DNA of 61,949 nucleotides from a virus (lineage: Duplodnaviria; Caudoviricetes), in IMG/VR virus record IMGVR_UViG_3300015245_000719, positions 1 to 61,949 of that record; one strand, given 5' to 3'. The notes beneath the pieces were generated by a model. The model saw nothing but the letters and a program-made list of their open reading frames with translations. It searched no databases and was not told where the DNA came from. The first letter of the stretch is position 1. Each line of letters begins with the position of its first letter. Below, piece by piece: positions 17,561 through 26,560 of the stretch. Made by a program: the position numbers and the translations under genes.

Positions 17561-18879
17561 TAGTCCCTCACTCCGCCCTGCGGGACGTTGAATCGGTTCG
17601 CGTCCGGGCGACGCAGAATCAGCTGGCGAAGCTGCTCCTTCTGAGCCGGCGACATGGGACGCTGCGCGGTCATCCCCTGGCTCGTGCGCTCGGGCTGAGC
17701 CTCGGGCGCGCGTGGCACCGAGTTCGGGTCATCCTCGTCGTCGAGGCGCTTGATGGCCACCTGCGTTTGCGCGCTGATTCCGCCGCTGGCGAGCTTCGTG
17801 GTCGGCTCGACGTGCACGCCGTTCTTCATCTTGCTGCCCTTCGGCAGACCGCCGAGGTTCATGCGGTCGAGCTTCTTCAGGCCGATCTTCTTGGTCGCCT
17901 TCGCGTTCATGACGTACTCTCCATTGGAGAGCGCGCCCGGCCTGCCCGCGATGCTCACGGGAATAGAATCACTGGTGCCTGTACCTGGGCCTTTCACACT
18001 GCCGCCCTTGAGGTAGTCGTGCGTTCGGCTCGGCGGACGGGGCAGCCGCACACGCCCCCCCTTCTTGTACGCTCCGGACCCCGAGTAGTCCGCGTACACA
18101 GTGTTCGCGTCGTTGACGGCGCCGGTGTACACGTTGGGGTCGATGTTCCCCGATCCGACTCCGGAATTCGCCGGACTCGAGAACGACGGGAGCGAGACAC
18201 CTTTCGAGAGAGAGCCCACCGCGCCGGCGAGCTGCCCGACGCCTGCGGCTTCGTTCGCCAGGATGTCAGACGAGCGCGCCGCGTTCGCGCCGGCAATTCC
18301 GGCCGCGCTCGCCGCGCCGTTCTCGGCGCTTACAGCCGTACCCGGAAGGCCCTTACCTACGTCTGCCGCGGCGATTTTGGCGTTCAGCCCATACGCGCGC
18401 TCCGCTTCGCGCGCGGTATTCGCCGCGCCCGCGACGGAGCCAGCTTTGGCGATGGAGTTCATGCGCTCCTGCTCCTGCGCATTCCCCGAGTCGGGTCGGA
18501 TCCCCAACTGGTCGTTCTGAAGCTGACGCGCCTTGTCGGCGTTGTCGTAGGCAGCGCCTACGGTCGAGCCGGCCTCTGCGGCCTTCTGTTCCTGCATCGC
18601 AGGAGAGCCAGCCTGCTGAGCGTCGTTGACGAGGCTCGACTCAAGAGGGCGATAGGTGCTCTTGTAGTAATCGAAAAGGTCCTGGGAATTCTTCGTCTGC
18701 GCGTCCGAAGCCCGAGCCGCAGCTTCGGAAGCATCGTTCTCCTGAGCAGACGGACCGCCGCTCTTCCCGCCAATAAGTCCCGTCTCCTTGGCGGCGATGA
18801 GCGCAGTCGAGCCTGCCGCTACCCACCCGGCAAATCCACGCTGAAACCGAAGGCTCCTTACCATGCGCTCTTTCCCCAT
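17560..18879 (-). CDS. Ejection/pilot protein with tape-measure-like C-terminal motif
   Basis: Ala/Gly-rich helical body; KGGSVKGPGTGTSDSIP...LSNGEYVM motif. Start could be 18882, 18879 or 18864. Confidence 0.72.
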   Translation of the reverse strand: MGKERMVRSLRFQRGFAGWVAAGSTALIAAKETGLIGGKSGGPSAQENDASEAAARASDAQTKNSQDLFDYYKSTYRPLESSLVNDAQQAGSPAMQEQKAAEAGSTVGAAYDNADKARQLQNDQLGIRPDSGNAQEQERMNSIAKAGSVAGAANTAREAERAYGLNAKIAAADVGKGLPGTAVSAENGAASAAGIAGANAARSSDILANEAAGVGQLAGAVGSLSKGVSLPSFSSPANSGVGSGNIDPNVYTGAVNDANTVYADYSGSGAYKKGGRVRLPRPPSRTHDYLKGGSVKGPGTGTSDSIPVSIAGRPGALSNGEYVMNAKATKKIGLKKLDRMNLGGLPKGSKMKNGVHVEPTTKLASGGISAQTQVAIKRLDDEDDPNSVPRAPEAQPERTSQGMTAQRPMSPAQKEQLRQLILRRPDANRFNVPQGGVRD

Positions 18880-18884
18880 CATTT

Positions 18885-18916
18885 CTTATACGCCAAGGGG
18901 CAAAGTGCGGCAAAAA
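18885..18916 (-). promoter_or_regulatory. Putative promoter, class B: TTGCCG-17-TATAAG
   Basis: Shares TTTTTGCCGCAC and GTATAA at identical spacing with 22470-22501. Confidence 0.55.
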
Positions 18917-19180
18917 CTACGGAGTATTCATTCGAGCAATCAAGGTATTGAGCGTGCGCTCGATGTCGCCCACGCGGGCAATGAGCTGATTCAGTTCCAC
19001 TGTCGTTGCGACATTGGTCCCGGTCCCGGCCGCGACGTCGATCCCAACCGACGGGCTAGGCACGCCCTTCGTGAGCGCGATCGCTCCCCCGACGCGTCCG
19101 GAGAAGATTTCGATGTTCTCCTTCAGGGCCTTGAGGATGGACGGGATTGGCAGCTGCGTGTCGATTCCAGGCTTCTTCAT
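18917..19180 (-). CDS. Small coiled-coil tail/virion protein (paralog 1)
   Basis: 87 aa, GAGGTAGG upstream; aligns with the next gene (SPSVGIDVA..TGTNVA). Confidence 0.75.
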   Translation of the reverse strand: MKKPGIDTQLPIPSILKALKENIEIFSGRVGGAIALTKGVPSPSVGIDVAAGTGTNVATTVELNQLIARVGDIERTLNTLIARMNTP

Positions 19181-19183
19181 GAC

Positions 19184-19591
19184 CTACCTCAGAAGGCTTC
19201 CTCCGACGGGGATCTCACCGAAGTACCACGCCCCGTATTCACCGTGGTCAGCCTGGTGCGAGAGAAGGAGTGCGTTGAACGCCTGATTTACGGTGATCGG
19301 AGCTACATTCGATGCCGCCGGCGATGGCGTCCCTGCGTTGAGCCTCGTGATCAGCGCGTTGAGCGCGCGCTCGATGTCCGCAACGCGACGGATAAGTTGA
19401 GTCAGCTCCGAGGTCTTGGCTACATTCGTGCCAGTTGCGCTCGCGACGTCGATTCCTACAGACGGAGACTTGAGCCCTTTGGTGGAGGAAATCTTCCCGC
19501 CGAGCCGCCCGGTCAAAATATCGACGGTCTCCTTCATGGCTCGAAGCACCACAAGAATAGGGCGCGAAAGGTCGATGTCTTGTTTCCGCAC
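19184..19591 (-). CDS. Small coiled-coil tail/virion protein (paralog 2)
   Basis: 135 aa; N-terminal ~87 aa homologous to 18917-19180. Confidence 0.75.
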   Translation of the reverse strand: MRKQDIDLSRPILVVLRAMKETVDILTGRLGGKISSTKGLKSPSVGIDVASATGTNVAKTSELTQLIRRVADIERALNALITRLNAGTPSPAASNVAPITVNQAFNALLLSHQADHGEYGAWYFGEIPVGGSLLR

Positions 19592-19597
19592 GGCTCA

Positions 19598-21409
19598 TTA
19601 CTGCTGGTCCATGGCCTTCGCGTTCTCCCCGAGCTGCACAGAGAATACGTCCACGTTGCCGAACACCTCGATTTCGTACATGTCCGACTTGTAGCCGCTG
19701 GTCATCTTGTGCACGTTTCGGTCTGTGAAGGAGCGGCCGTAACGCAGCTTGCCGTCCGCGTACACGTTGACGTTGACGAACCTCGTGGCGAGGGTGAGCG
19801 GAGAGCCCACCAGCCTGCTGCCGGCGAATGTAATCTCGCCATACGCGTCCCTGCCGATCTGACCACCTTCCTTGTTGGTGCTGAGAATGGTAGCGTTCGT
19901 CGCCTGGTTCTGCGCCAGGACAGCTTGCTGAGCAGCGCCAGCCTGCATAGCAGGGTAGTCTGCATCCACGCGGATCGCGCCGTAGTTCAGAGGCTTCTTC
20001 TCGAGGAGGATCTTCGACTTCCAGTCGAAGCCTACGTTGTTGTTCGGGTCAGAATCGAACTGCACGATGTCGCCGTTCACGATCAGATAGAGAAGGCCGG
20101 TCGTTGGGTCGAGCCATCGCCCGGTCGCGAAGTCAGTGAGTTGCCGAAGTCCGAAGTCTCCAGCCCGGTCAGTGACCAGGCCGGCTCCAGTCTGAACGCC
20201 GTTCAAGATGAACTTATTGAACCCGTGATAGAGCCCCTGGTAGATAGCGGCGAAAATTGTGTCGGGGAAGAATGTCGGCTTCCAGTTCTTTGCTAGGACG
20301 GTGGAGGACGTGACGATCTCCGCGGTGTCGGAGAGCGCGTTCGCAAGCCCGTTCGGCGAGGCGTACATGACACCCCATCCAACGTCAACGACGCTGCGCT
20401 TCGAGAGGCAAGGCTCCGGAACGCGCGCCTTGTTCGGCGCCATGGCGGATGGATTGCTCCCTGTGAACACGTATGGATTGGCGGTCGTGCACACGGCAAT
20501 AGAGCTGCCGTTCGCGGCCATGCCAACGATGGGGAAGTCCACGCTGTAGCGGTTGCCGATCGGCCACGCGTGCGGCTGGAATGGCTCGGAAATGCACAGC
20601 TGGTTGTTGACGAAGCCGGCCATGGAGCCGTTCGGGAGCGCGATCAGACCTTGCATCCCTGACGGAGGCATCGACCAGGTGGTGCTCGGGAGCACCGTGC
20701 CGCCGATCAACGTGACGTCGAGCGCCGCGTCGGCGAAGCTCGCGGTAGCGAGCGTGATACCGCTCGCCACAAGCAAGAACGACGAGGTGCCGTCGGTACC
20801 GGTGACGGTGCGGTAGAGGTTCTTCGTAGCGATCTGGAATGTACCGCCGCCAGGTTGCGTCACCTGCGGCAGGTTAACGTTCCAGGTCGCGTCCGACTTG
20901 CCAGTCCCGAGGACAGGGGCGCTAGGGGCGCCCTCCTCCCCCCACAGACTGACCAGCGTGTACACGTAGGCGCGGGTCTGATTCACCGCAACACCGCCGG
21001 TGATAGTGCCGATGGTGGGCGCTGTCGGGACGGGAACGCCGAGGGTGAACGACGCAAGTGGGTAGTTCGTCCCGATCCCCTGGGTCGCGTTGACGTCGTT
21101 CGTGACCTTGGGCTCGCTGTCGCCAGTGTAGTAATACCTGTTGAAAGCGTCGTTCGCGAGCTGGCTCTTCACGACGTCAACGTCGGTGATCCAGTGCAGC
21201 CAGTAATCGACGCTGAGGTAGTTGATCCTGTACATCGAGATCTTCGTACCGGCTTTGGTCGGCGTGACGACCTTCAGGGCCTTGCGGTAGGGCGAGATCA
21301 CTCCGTTCGTAGCGCGGCAGCCCTGGGCCTTCTGGCCGAGCTGCTGAGGAAGCAGGTGCGCGTCGAGCGCCGGCTTAATGCCCCCGAAAACGTTGAGCAG
21401 GATCCCCAT
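19598..21409 (-). CDS. Tail hub / DNA stabilisation protein (P22 gp10-like)
   Basis: 603-aa beta-rich protein; AYVYTLVSLWGEEGAPS, SEPFQPHAWP and PCLSKRSVV motifs; tail-module position. Confidence 0.75.
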   Translation of the reverse strand: MGILLNVFGGIKPALDAHLLPQQLGQKAQGCRATNGVISPYRKALKVVTPTKAGTKISMYRINYLSVDYWLHWITDVDVVKSQLANDAFNRYYYTGDSEPKVTNDVNATQGIGTNYPLASFTLGVPVPTAPTIGTITGGVAVNQTRAYVYTLVSLWGEEGAPSAPVLGTGKSDATWNVNLPQVTQPGGGTFQIATKNLYRTVTGTDGTSSFLLVASGITLATASFADAALDVTLIGGTVLPSTTWSMPPSGMQGLIALPNGSMAGFVNNQLCISEPFQPHAWPIGNRYSVDFPIVGMAANGSSIAVCTTANPYVFTGSNPSAMAPNKARVPEPCLSKRSVVDVGWGVMYASPNGLANALSDTAEIVTSSTVLAKNWKPTFFPDTIFAAIYQGLYHGFNKFILNGVQTGAGLVTDRAGDFGLRQLTDFATGRWLDPTTGLLYLIVNGDIVQFDSDPNNNVGFDWKSKILLEKKPLNYGAIRVDADYPAMQAGAAQQAVLAQNQATNATILSTNKEGGQIGRDAYGEITFAGSRLVGSPLTLATRFVNVNVYADGKLRYGRSFTDRNVHKMTSGYKSDMYEIEVFGNVDVFSVQLGENAKAMDQQ

Positions 21410-21420
21410 AGGTCACGACT

Positions 21421-22464
21421 CTATGGGGCTACTCTATCTGCCCGCAGGAACCCACCCTTATTGAGTCGGGTAATGATTGCTGAAACGATACCCGGAGCCC
21501 ACGTGAATGTGAGGTTACCTGGCGTCGCTCCGTTGACAACGTTCAAACGGAGTTCGAACGCAGGATTGATCGACTGCGCGCTACCTCCGCCGGTTGCAAT
21601 AATAACAGGGTTCGCAGGGCTCGCCTGGCTCTTAAAGGTGCAAGCAGCAGCCGATGAATTTCCTAGAACAAAACCCCATGCGCGACCACCGGCACCTGCT
21701 GGAATCGTAACTCCAACTTGGAGACCACACCCGCTCGAGCTCTGTGTGTCGAAGTCTACGAAGATAGAGACAACCCATTCCTCGTTAGCTGCCATCGGGA
21801 ATTGAAGATCTGTCTCAGTCTGAGTTGCGTTTGTGCTTGCGACTGAATGATCAGCTGTCAGTCTCTTAACGAAGGACGTCGGAGCTGACTTTGGAATCGC
21901 ATTCAGCAATACGAAGTTCGTGCCGTCGTACTTGAACATCGCCTCCTTCGGAATCTGACCAGCGAGCAACGCGGCTCCGCCGTTGAGCACGATCGTTGTC
22001 GCGCCCAATCCGTTCAGGTTTAGGGTCGGCGCGGCGACCGTGTTCGTGTTCGCCAGGGTGACGTGGTACACGATTCCGGTCACATACCCGCGAAGGACCG
22101 GCGAGTAAGTGCCGGTGTAGGTGTCGGTTCCCGAGCCCGTGACCGATACGTTTGCTTCCTGTTGGAACTGCTGTAGAGACTCCCTGATCAGCACGCAGCG
22201 CACCGTGTCGCCGTTCGAGTAGGCGAATGCGGTGGATCCGCCAACGCCTCTTCCGCCGGCCGGGATGACGAGGTTGCTCCCCGAGACGCCCGTGCAGATG
22301 AAGAACTCGAGCTGGTTCGAGGCGTTGACGATCGCCCCGTAGAGGTAGTCGCCAGCAGCCATTCCTGGGACCGCGGCCACGCTCGCTACCGGAAGCAGCA
22401 GGTCGGTAGCGAGGATGTTAGAGGTCAGGGTGGTGACGTAGTTGTTCGCGATTTTTTGGGCCAT
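21421..22464 (-). CDS. Tail fibre / receptor-binding protein
   Basis: N-terminal ANNYVTTL anchor, TNT..PTLNLNGLGA collar motif, compositionally distinct C-terminus. Confidence 0.75.
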   Translation of the reverse strand: MAQKIANNYVTTLTSNILATDLLLPVASVAAVPGMAAGDYLYGAIVNASNQLEFFICTGVSGSNLVIPAGGRGVGGSTAFAYSNGDTVRCVLIRESLQQFQQEANVSVTGSGTDTYTGTYSPVLRGYVTGIVYHVTLANTNTVAAPTLNLNGLGATTIVLNGGAALLAGQIPKEAMFKYDGTNFVLLNAIPKSAPTSFVKRLTADHSVASTNATQTETDLQFPMAANEEWVVSIFVDFDTQSSSGCGLQVGVTIPAGAGGRAWGFVLGNSSAAACTFKSQASPANPVIIATGGGSAQSINPAFELRLNVVNGATPGNLTFTWAPGIVSAIITRLNKGGFLRADRVAP

Positions 22465-22469
22465 CCCCT

Positions 22470-22501
22470 GTTATACAACTTTGTATAGGGTGCGGCAAAA
22501 A
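22470..22501 (-). promoter_or_regulatory. Putative promoter, class B: TTGCCG-17-TATAAC with overlapping palindrome
   Basis: -35 at 22493-22498, -10 at 22470-22475; palindrome TATACAA-CT-TTGTATA at 22472-22487. Confidence 0.55.
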
Positions 22502-22524
22502 AAGGCCCGCTCTCGGCGGGCCTT
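22497..22524 (-). terminator. Intrinsic terminator after the lysis genes
   Basis: AAGGCCCGC-cgaga-GCGGGCCTT followed by a T run on the minus strand. Confidence 0.8.
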
Positions 22525-22550
22525 AACGCATTGAACGGCCGGTGGTTCTT

Positions 22551-23135
22551 CTACTGCGTGCCCCCTGCCCTTGCTTCGAAAATGTCCCTGATCAGCGGCG
22601 CGACGTTCTTGATGGCCCGCTCACCGAACAGCACGACGAACACCAGCACGCTGGCCGTCATGAGGAGGCGGCTCTGCATTTCGGTCATGGCCCCGAGGCC
22701 GCCGGTCAGCCACAGGTAGTCCATGAACGCTGTCCCGTAGCCGATGATGATGCGCTGCGCCCCGCGCAAGAACAGCATGATCGGCCCGAGTACCGGGATG
22801 CCCTTCAGGTCGGAGGCGGTGCCCTCCAGCTCGGCGATGCGGTCCGTGAGCGCCTTGTCGGCGTCCAGGTCGGCCTGGGCATCGTCCTTGGCCCGCTGCG
22901 CCGCGACCTGCTCGAGCTGGACCTTGCTGTCCATGACCGCCTTCCTGAACTGTAGGGCGAGATTCGGGTCGGCGTTGATAGCTGACATCGCATCGTCCGA
23001 CGTCGCCTTGCCGGTGATGGCCTTTGCGATCTTGCATACGTCGTCCGCTACGGCACCTTTGGAAACGTCTCCGCCGATGAACAGATGCGTGATCTCGGGG
23101 ATTACTGACAGAATTGCGGGAATCAGGGCGAGCAT
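22551..23135 (-). CDS. Holin-like membrane protein
   Basis: Follows the endolysin; hydrophobic N-terminus, coiled coil and C-terminal TM segments. Confidence 0.6.
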   Translation of the reverse strand: MLALIPAILSVIPEITHLFIGGDVSKGAVADDVCKIAKAITGKATSDDAMSAINADPNLALQFRKAVMDSKVQLEQVAAQRAKDDAQADLDADKALTDRIAELEGTASDLKGIPVLGPIMLFLRGAQRIIIGYGTAFMDYLWLTGGLGAMTEMQSRLLMTASVLVFVVLFGERAIKNVAPLIRDIFEARAGGTQ

Positions 23136-23138
23136 GTC

Positions 23139-23558
23139 CTATGCCTCCGGGTTTTGAAAGTGCGGCATTTCCTTGAACGGTGCGCTCGGCGCGCCGTACC
23201 ACTTCAGACCCACGGCCATGCCGTGCTGGCCGATGATCTGCCAAACCGGGTGGTCCTCCCACACCAGTTTGCCGTTTTCGAGGATGGCGAGGTCGTAGGC
23301 TTCGGCGCAGGGCTGCGCGGCCTTGTCCATCGCGTTGTGCTTCGACTGTCCGCCCTTCGCGTTCGTGACGATCGGGCCGGGCTTCGAGCGCCCCTGCGCG
23401 TACAGCGCGTCCTGCTCGCTCGGGCTGCGGTAGGTGCACGTCAGGAACACGTGCACGCTTCGCTCGCGCAGCTCGTCGTTGTTCGCGAGCGCCGCCATGT
23501 GCTTGTAGTACAACTCCCGCACTGCGGGCGAAAGGTCCAATGGATCTCGTGATGCCAT
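23139..23558 (-). CDS. Endolysin, M15-family L-Ala-D-Glu peptidase
   Basis: YRS..EQDALYAQGR.KPG.IVTNA.GGQSKHN...AYD...EMPHFQ. Confidence 0.9.
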   Translation of the reverse strand: MASRDPLDLSPAVRELYYKHMAALANNDELRERSVHVFLTCTYRSPSEQDALYAQGRSKPGPIVTNAKGGQSKHNAMDKAAQPCAEAYDLAILENGKLVWEDHPVWQIIGQHGMAVGLKWYGAPSAPFKEMPHFQNPEA

Positions 23559-23567
23559 GTGCGTCTC

Positions 23568-25178
23568 CTACGCTTTGTAGCGTCCGTCGATGATGTTGAT
23601 GAGGGTTCTCTTGCCGTTCTGGTAGAGCAGCCCGTGGGTATGGAGCCACGAGCTCGGGCCGCGGTTGTACGAGAGGCGCAGGCGCGAGCTGGTGCCGACC
23701 TGGTACACGCCGTCCTCGATGCCCGGGCTATGGGCGTGCCCGATGAAGGTCTTGACGCCGATCTTCCCGAACGCCTTGCGCGTGCCGCGCGCTCCATTCG
23801 GCCCCACGTGCCCGTGGAATCCCATTTCCACCCCGAGCATGAAGAAGCTCTCGTCCTGGTGGAGGAACACGGTGTCCTGGTGCTTGAGCCACTGCTTTCC
23901 CCAATACGAGAAGATGTCGAGGGTGCTCGCGCCGCCGGTGCCCATCCTCGAGAGCTGGCACATGGCCACGTAGCTCTGCGCCCAAAAGATCGCGTTCTCT
24001 GGGTCCTTCTTCGGGTCGGTGTCGTTCACCCACCGCCACAGGTGGTCGTTCGGGTGGTTGGACGGAACCACCACGTTCTTCGTGTGTGCCGGCGTGTGCT
24101 CGTCCATGAAAGTGAAGCACTCCATCAGCTCGCGCGACACGTTGCCGGCGCCCGAGTGGTGCTTCACGTAGTTGATGACCGCCTTGTCGCGGTCGTGGTG
24201 GCTGCCGGAGTAGCAGTCGAAAACGTCGTGCCACACCAGAACCTCCGGCTTCAGGCTGTCTATGATGCCGCCATTGCCGAAGGTGGCCTTCACCACCTGC
24301 GGGTCCACGAACTTGACGTGCGTGTCGCCCATGACAAGCGCTGCTGCGCGCGGGACGCGCTTGTAGTCGTCTCCGCTGTACTCCCACTCCATGTCCATGA
24401 AGCTGCCGTTCCTGATGGCGTTGATCTGGCGCATGTGGAACAGCTCGCCCTCCTGCTCGAGGACGCACGCGCCGAACGTGTGGTGGTGCTCGCCTTTCTT
24501 CCCGGCCTTCGTCTGGAGGTAGTTCATCACCGTCACAGCGCCGGTGGTGGTGATGATCTTTGGCAGCTTGTGGCCGGGCGTCGCGACCGTCTTGAGCTCC
24601 AGCTTCGGGTGCCCGATGATGGCGCTCCTGCTCCCGCTGATCGTCTCGAACCCCTGGAGCGGGCTGCTCGCTGTCGGCTGCGTCTTGATGTCGCCGAGCA
24701 CGACGAGGTGCCGGTTGATCTCCCATCGCTGGTCGAGGATGTACGGAGCCAGCTCGGGCGCCCACCAGTCGTCGCTATTCGCCTTCTTCGACCAGATCGC
24801 CGTCGGGTTCTTGTACCGGTACGGGATGACGACGAGCTGCGCGTTCTTGTGCTTGCAGTAGGTCAGCAGCGACGCGAAGAACGCCTTGTTGATCGGGGTC
24901 GCGTTCTGCGCCGAGGTGATGACGTAGCGCTTGACGTCCCTCTTGTCGAACTTCAGCTTGCGGTGCAGCTTTTTCACCGTGGCGGTGTCGATGCCCTTCG
25001 CCTCGGCAGACTCGACTCCGACAGGGTTGTGCCCGTTCCAGCAGTACGTCCCGTTTCTTTTGTGCCCGCAACTCCAGCGCTGCTCTCCAGCTCTGCCGGT
25101 GCCGCGCTTCACGACGGGTTTCCCACACTTGGGACAGCTAGGCACGCTTCCCACCCTTGGCTTTCCAAACCGTGACAC
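23568..25178 (-). CDS. T5 A1-like calcineurin-fold metallophosphoesterase/nuclease with N-terminal Zn ribbon
   Basis: CPKC...C...C, YVITSAQNAT, and GDTH / HDVFD / SNH / HGH / GHAH metal motifs. Confidence 0.75.
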   Translation of the reverse strand: MSRFGKPRVGSVPSCPKCGKPVVKRGTGRAGEQRWSCGHKRNGTYCWNGHNPVGVESAEAKGIDTATVKKLHRKLKFDKRDVKRYVITSAQNATPINKAFFASLLTYCKHKNAQLVVIPYRYKNPTAIWSKKANSDDWWAPELAPYILDQRWEINRHLVVLGDIKTQPTASSPLQGFETISGSRSAIIGHPKLELKTVATPGHKLPKIITTTGAVTVMNYLQTKAGKKGEHHHTFGACVLEQEGELFHMRQINAIRNGSFMDMEWEYSGDDYKRVPRAAALVMGDTHVKFVDPQVVKATFGNGGIIDSLKPEVLVWHDVFDCYSGSHHDRDKAVINYVKHHSGAGNVSRELMECFTFMDEHTPAHTKNVVVPSNHPNDHLWRWVNDTDPKKDPENAIFWAQSYVAMCQLSRMGTGGASTLDIFSYWGKQWLKHQDTVFLHQDESFFMLGVEMGFHGHVGPNGARGTRKAFGKIGVKTFIGHAHSPGIEDGVYQVGTSSRLRLSYNRGPSSWLHTHGLLYQNGKRTLINIIDGRYKA

Positions 25179-25617
25179 GGCCGTTCAGATCCATCGAGTA
25201 GAAAGGCCCCGCGGTGTTCTCGTCGATCTTCGAGGCGGCCACGACCGCCTCCAGTGGGCTCAAGCCGAGGAACTTCATCGCGTACATCGCGACATCGCGC
25301 CCCGAGCCGATCGCCATGAATTTGTCCTTCAGAGGGAAGCGGAATAGCGCCTGGTCCAGCAGGAACATGCCTTTCGCAGTCAGCTCGAGCACCACGAAGT
25401 CCTCGCCCTCCTTCTTGGAGAACGCAGGTTCGTCCGTTGGCGTAGCGCCGCGCGAGAGCCACTTGATCACCTTGCTGGATCCTGTGCCACCGGCCTCGCC
25501 GTAGATGGACTCGCCGAAGTGGTGCAGCTTGTTCGACAGGAAGGCGAAGCTCCCGTCGTCTGAGGAGCATTTCGAGTCGGCCGCGATCTCGCGTCCGTTG
25601 CAGGCGACAGTAGTCAT
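25138..25617 (-). CDS. Ntn-hydrolase, HslV/proteasome-beta-like peptidase
   Basis: N-terminal M-T-T nucleophile, IAADS, AIGSG...A...AASKID..T.GP. Confidence 0.8.
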   Translation of the reverse strand: MTTVACNGREIAADSKCSSDDGSFAFLSNKLHHFGESIYGEAGGTGSSKVIKWLSRGATPTDEPAFSKKEGEDFVVLELTAKGMFLLDQALFRFPLKDKFMAIGSGRDVAMYAMKFLGLSPLEAVVAASKIDENTAGPFYSMDLNGRVTVWKAKGGKRA

Positions 25618-25625
25618 CGGTTGAG

Positions 25626-25655
25626 ATTATGCATCATTGCATAACCCACCGTAAA
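25626..25655 (-). promoter_or_regulatory. Promoter TTTACG-18-CATAAT with operator TTATGCA-N4-TGCATAA
   Basis: Palindrome at 25627-25644 matches the ATGC-N6-GCAT sites of the immunity region; no SD before ATG 25617. Confidence 0.6.
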
Positions 25656-25665
25656 GGGGGAAATG

Positions 25666-25878
25666 CTAATGCCGGATTACTGCTTGAACGCCGTGGTACG
25701 CAGCCGTGCCGGCCGCGGAGACCAGGGTGACCCATTTCGCGACGGCGCCGACGATCTTGAAGCTGCGCACCATGGCGTGAATGTCCAGCGTCAGCTCGGT
25801 GTTCTTCTTGACCTCGGCTTTGAGCTCTTCGAACTCGGTGCGGGTCACCGGCGCCCCGCCTGCTCGCCTTTCTTCCAT
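25666..25878 (-). CDS. Small coiled-coil plus single-TM protein (holin/antiholin-like)
   Basis: GGGAGG SD; 70 aa with hydrophobic C-terminal half. Confidence 0.6.
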   Translation of the reverse strand: MEERRAGGAPVTRTEFEELKAEVKKNTELTLDIHAMVRSFKIVGAVAKWVTLVSAAGTAAYHGVQAVIRH

Positions 25879-25888
25879 GACAACCTCC

Positions 25889-26560
25889 CTACCACCGAGC
25901 TACGCCGTGCGCGCGGTTGCGCAGGGCTGCCCGGGTGAATGATTTCGAGGACTCGACGCGGGCAACTGCGATCCCGTCGTCGAACAGCTTCTTGTGCGCG
26001 AGAGCGGCGTTGCCGTTGCTCCACGGCTGGCCAGTGATCATCTGCATGCGCGAGATCGCGCCGTGGCTGATCACCTCCAGGTAGCGCTCGAACGACCAAT
26101 CCGGCACGCCAGCTGTCTGCGCCCTGGTCGGCTTTTGGGCGATGTAGAAAAAGAGCGCATTGACGTTCCCTACGGGAACCGACGCCACGCTAGGAATAGG
26201 GAGCAGAAGTACCGTGTAGTCTCCCCTTCCGATGAACCTACATGGCCTCGTGCCTGTTTGGGTGAGCCAGAGCGGGTAGTCACGGAAAGCGTCCGCGCGC
26301 GTGATCGGGTGGATTTCCATGTTGTTGTACACGCCGTAGAGGACCTTCGCGATGGCGAAATTCGGGTCTACAGAGGTGAGCTGATACGCCTGCGTGTTCG
26401 CGATCAGCGCGAGAGGTGCTGACTGGTGAATGTCCACCCACGAGCGGTCGAAGAACTCGATCGCTGCGTCGCGAATCGCGTTGATGACCTGAAGCTCTGG
26501 CGCGCCCTGGACGTGCGGCATGACCTCCGGCAGGAACGCCTGGTAAGTGACGTTGGCCAT
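25889..26560 (-). CDS. Head-tail adaptor protein
   Basis: FLPEVMPHV.G.P....NAIRDAAIEF...QPWSN pattern; position after the capsid genes. Confidence 0.75.
   Translation of the reverse strand: MANVTYQAFLPEVMPHVQGAPELQVINAIRDAAIEFFDRSWVDIHQSAPLALIANTQAYQLTSVDPNFAIAKVLYGVYNNMEIHPITRADAFRDYPLWLTQTGTRPCRFIGRGDYTVLLLPIPSVASVPVGNVNALFFYIAQKPTRAQTAGVPDWSFERYLEVISHGAISRMQMITGQPWSNGNAALAHKKLFDDGIAVARVESSKSFTRAALRNRAHGVARW

Noticed and set aside
18810-18864. QRG|F prepilin-like motif at the ejection protein N-terminus
   Set aside because: Lacks Glu+5 and a long hydrophobic helix.
23559-25175. 538-aa plus-strand ORF
   Set aside because: Antisense shadow of the A1-like gene.
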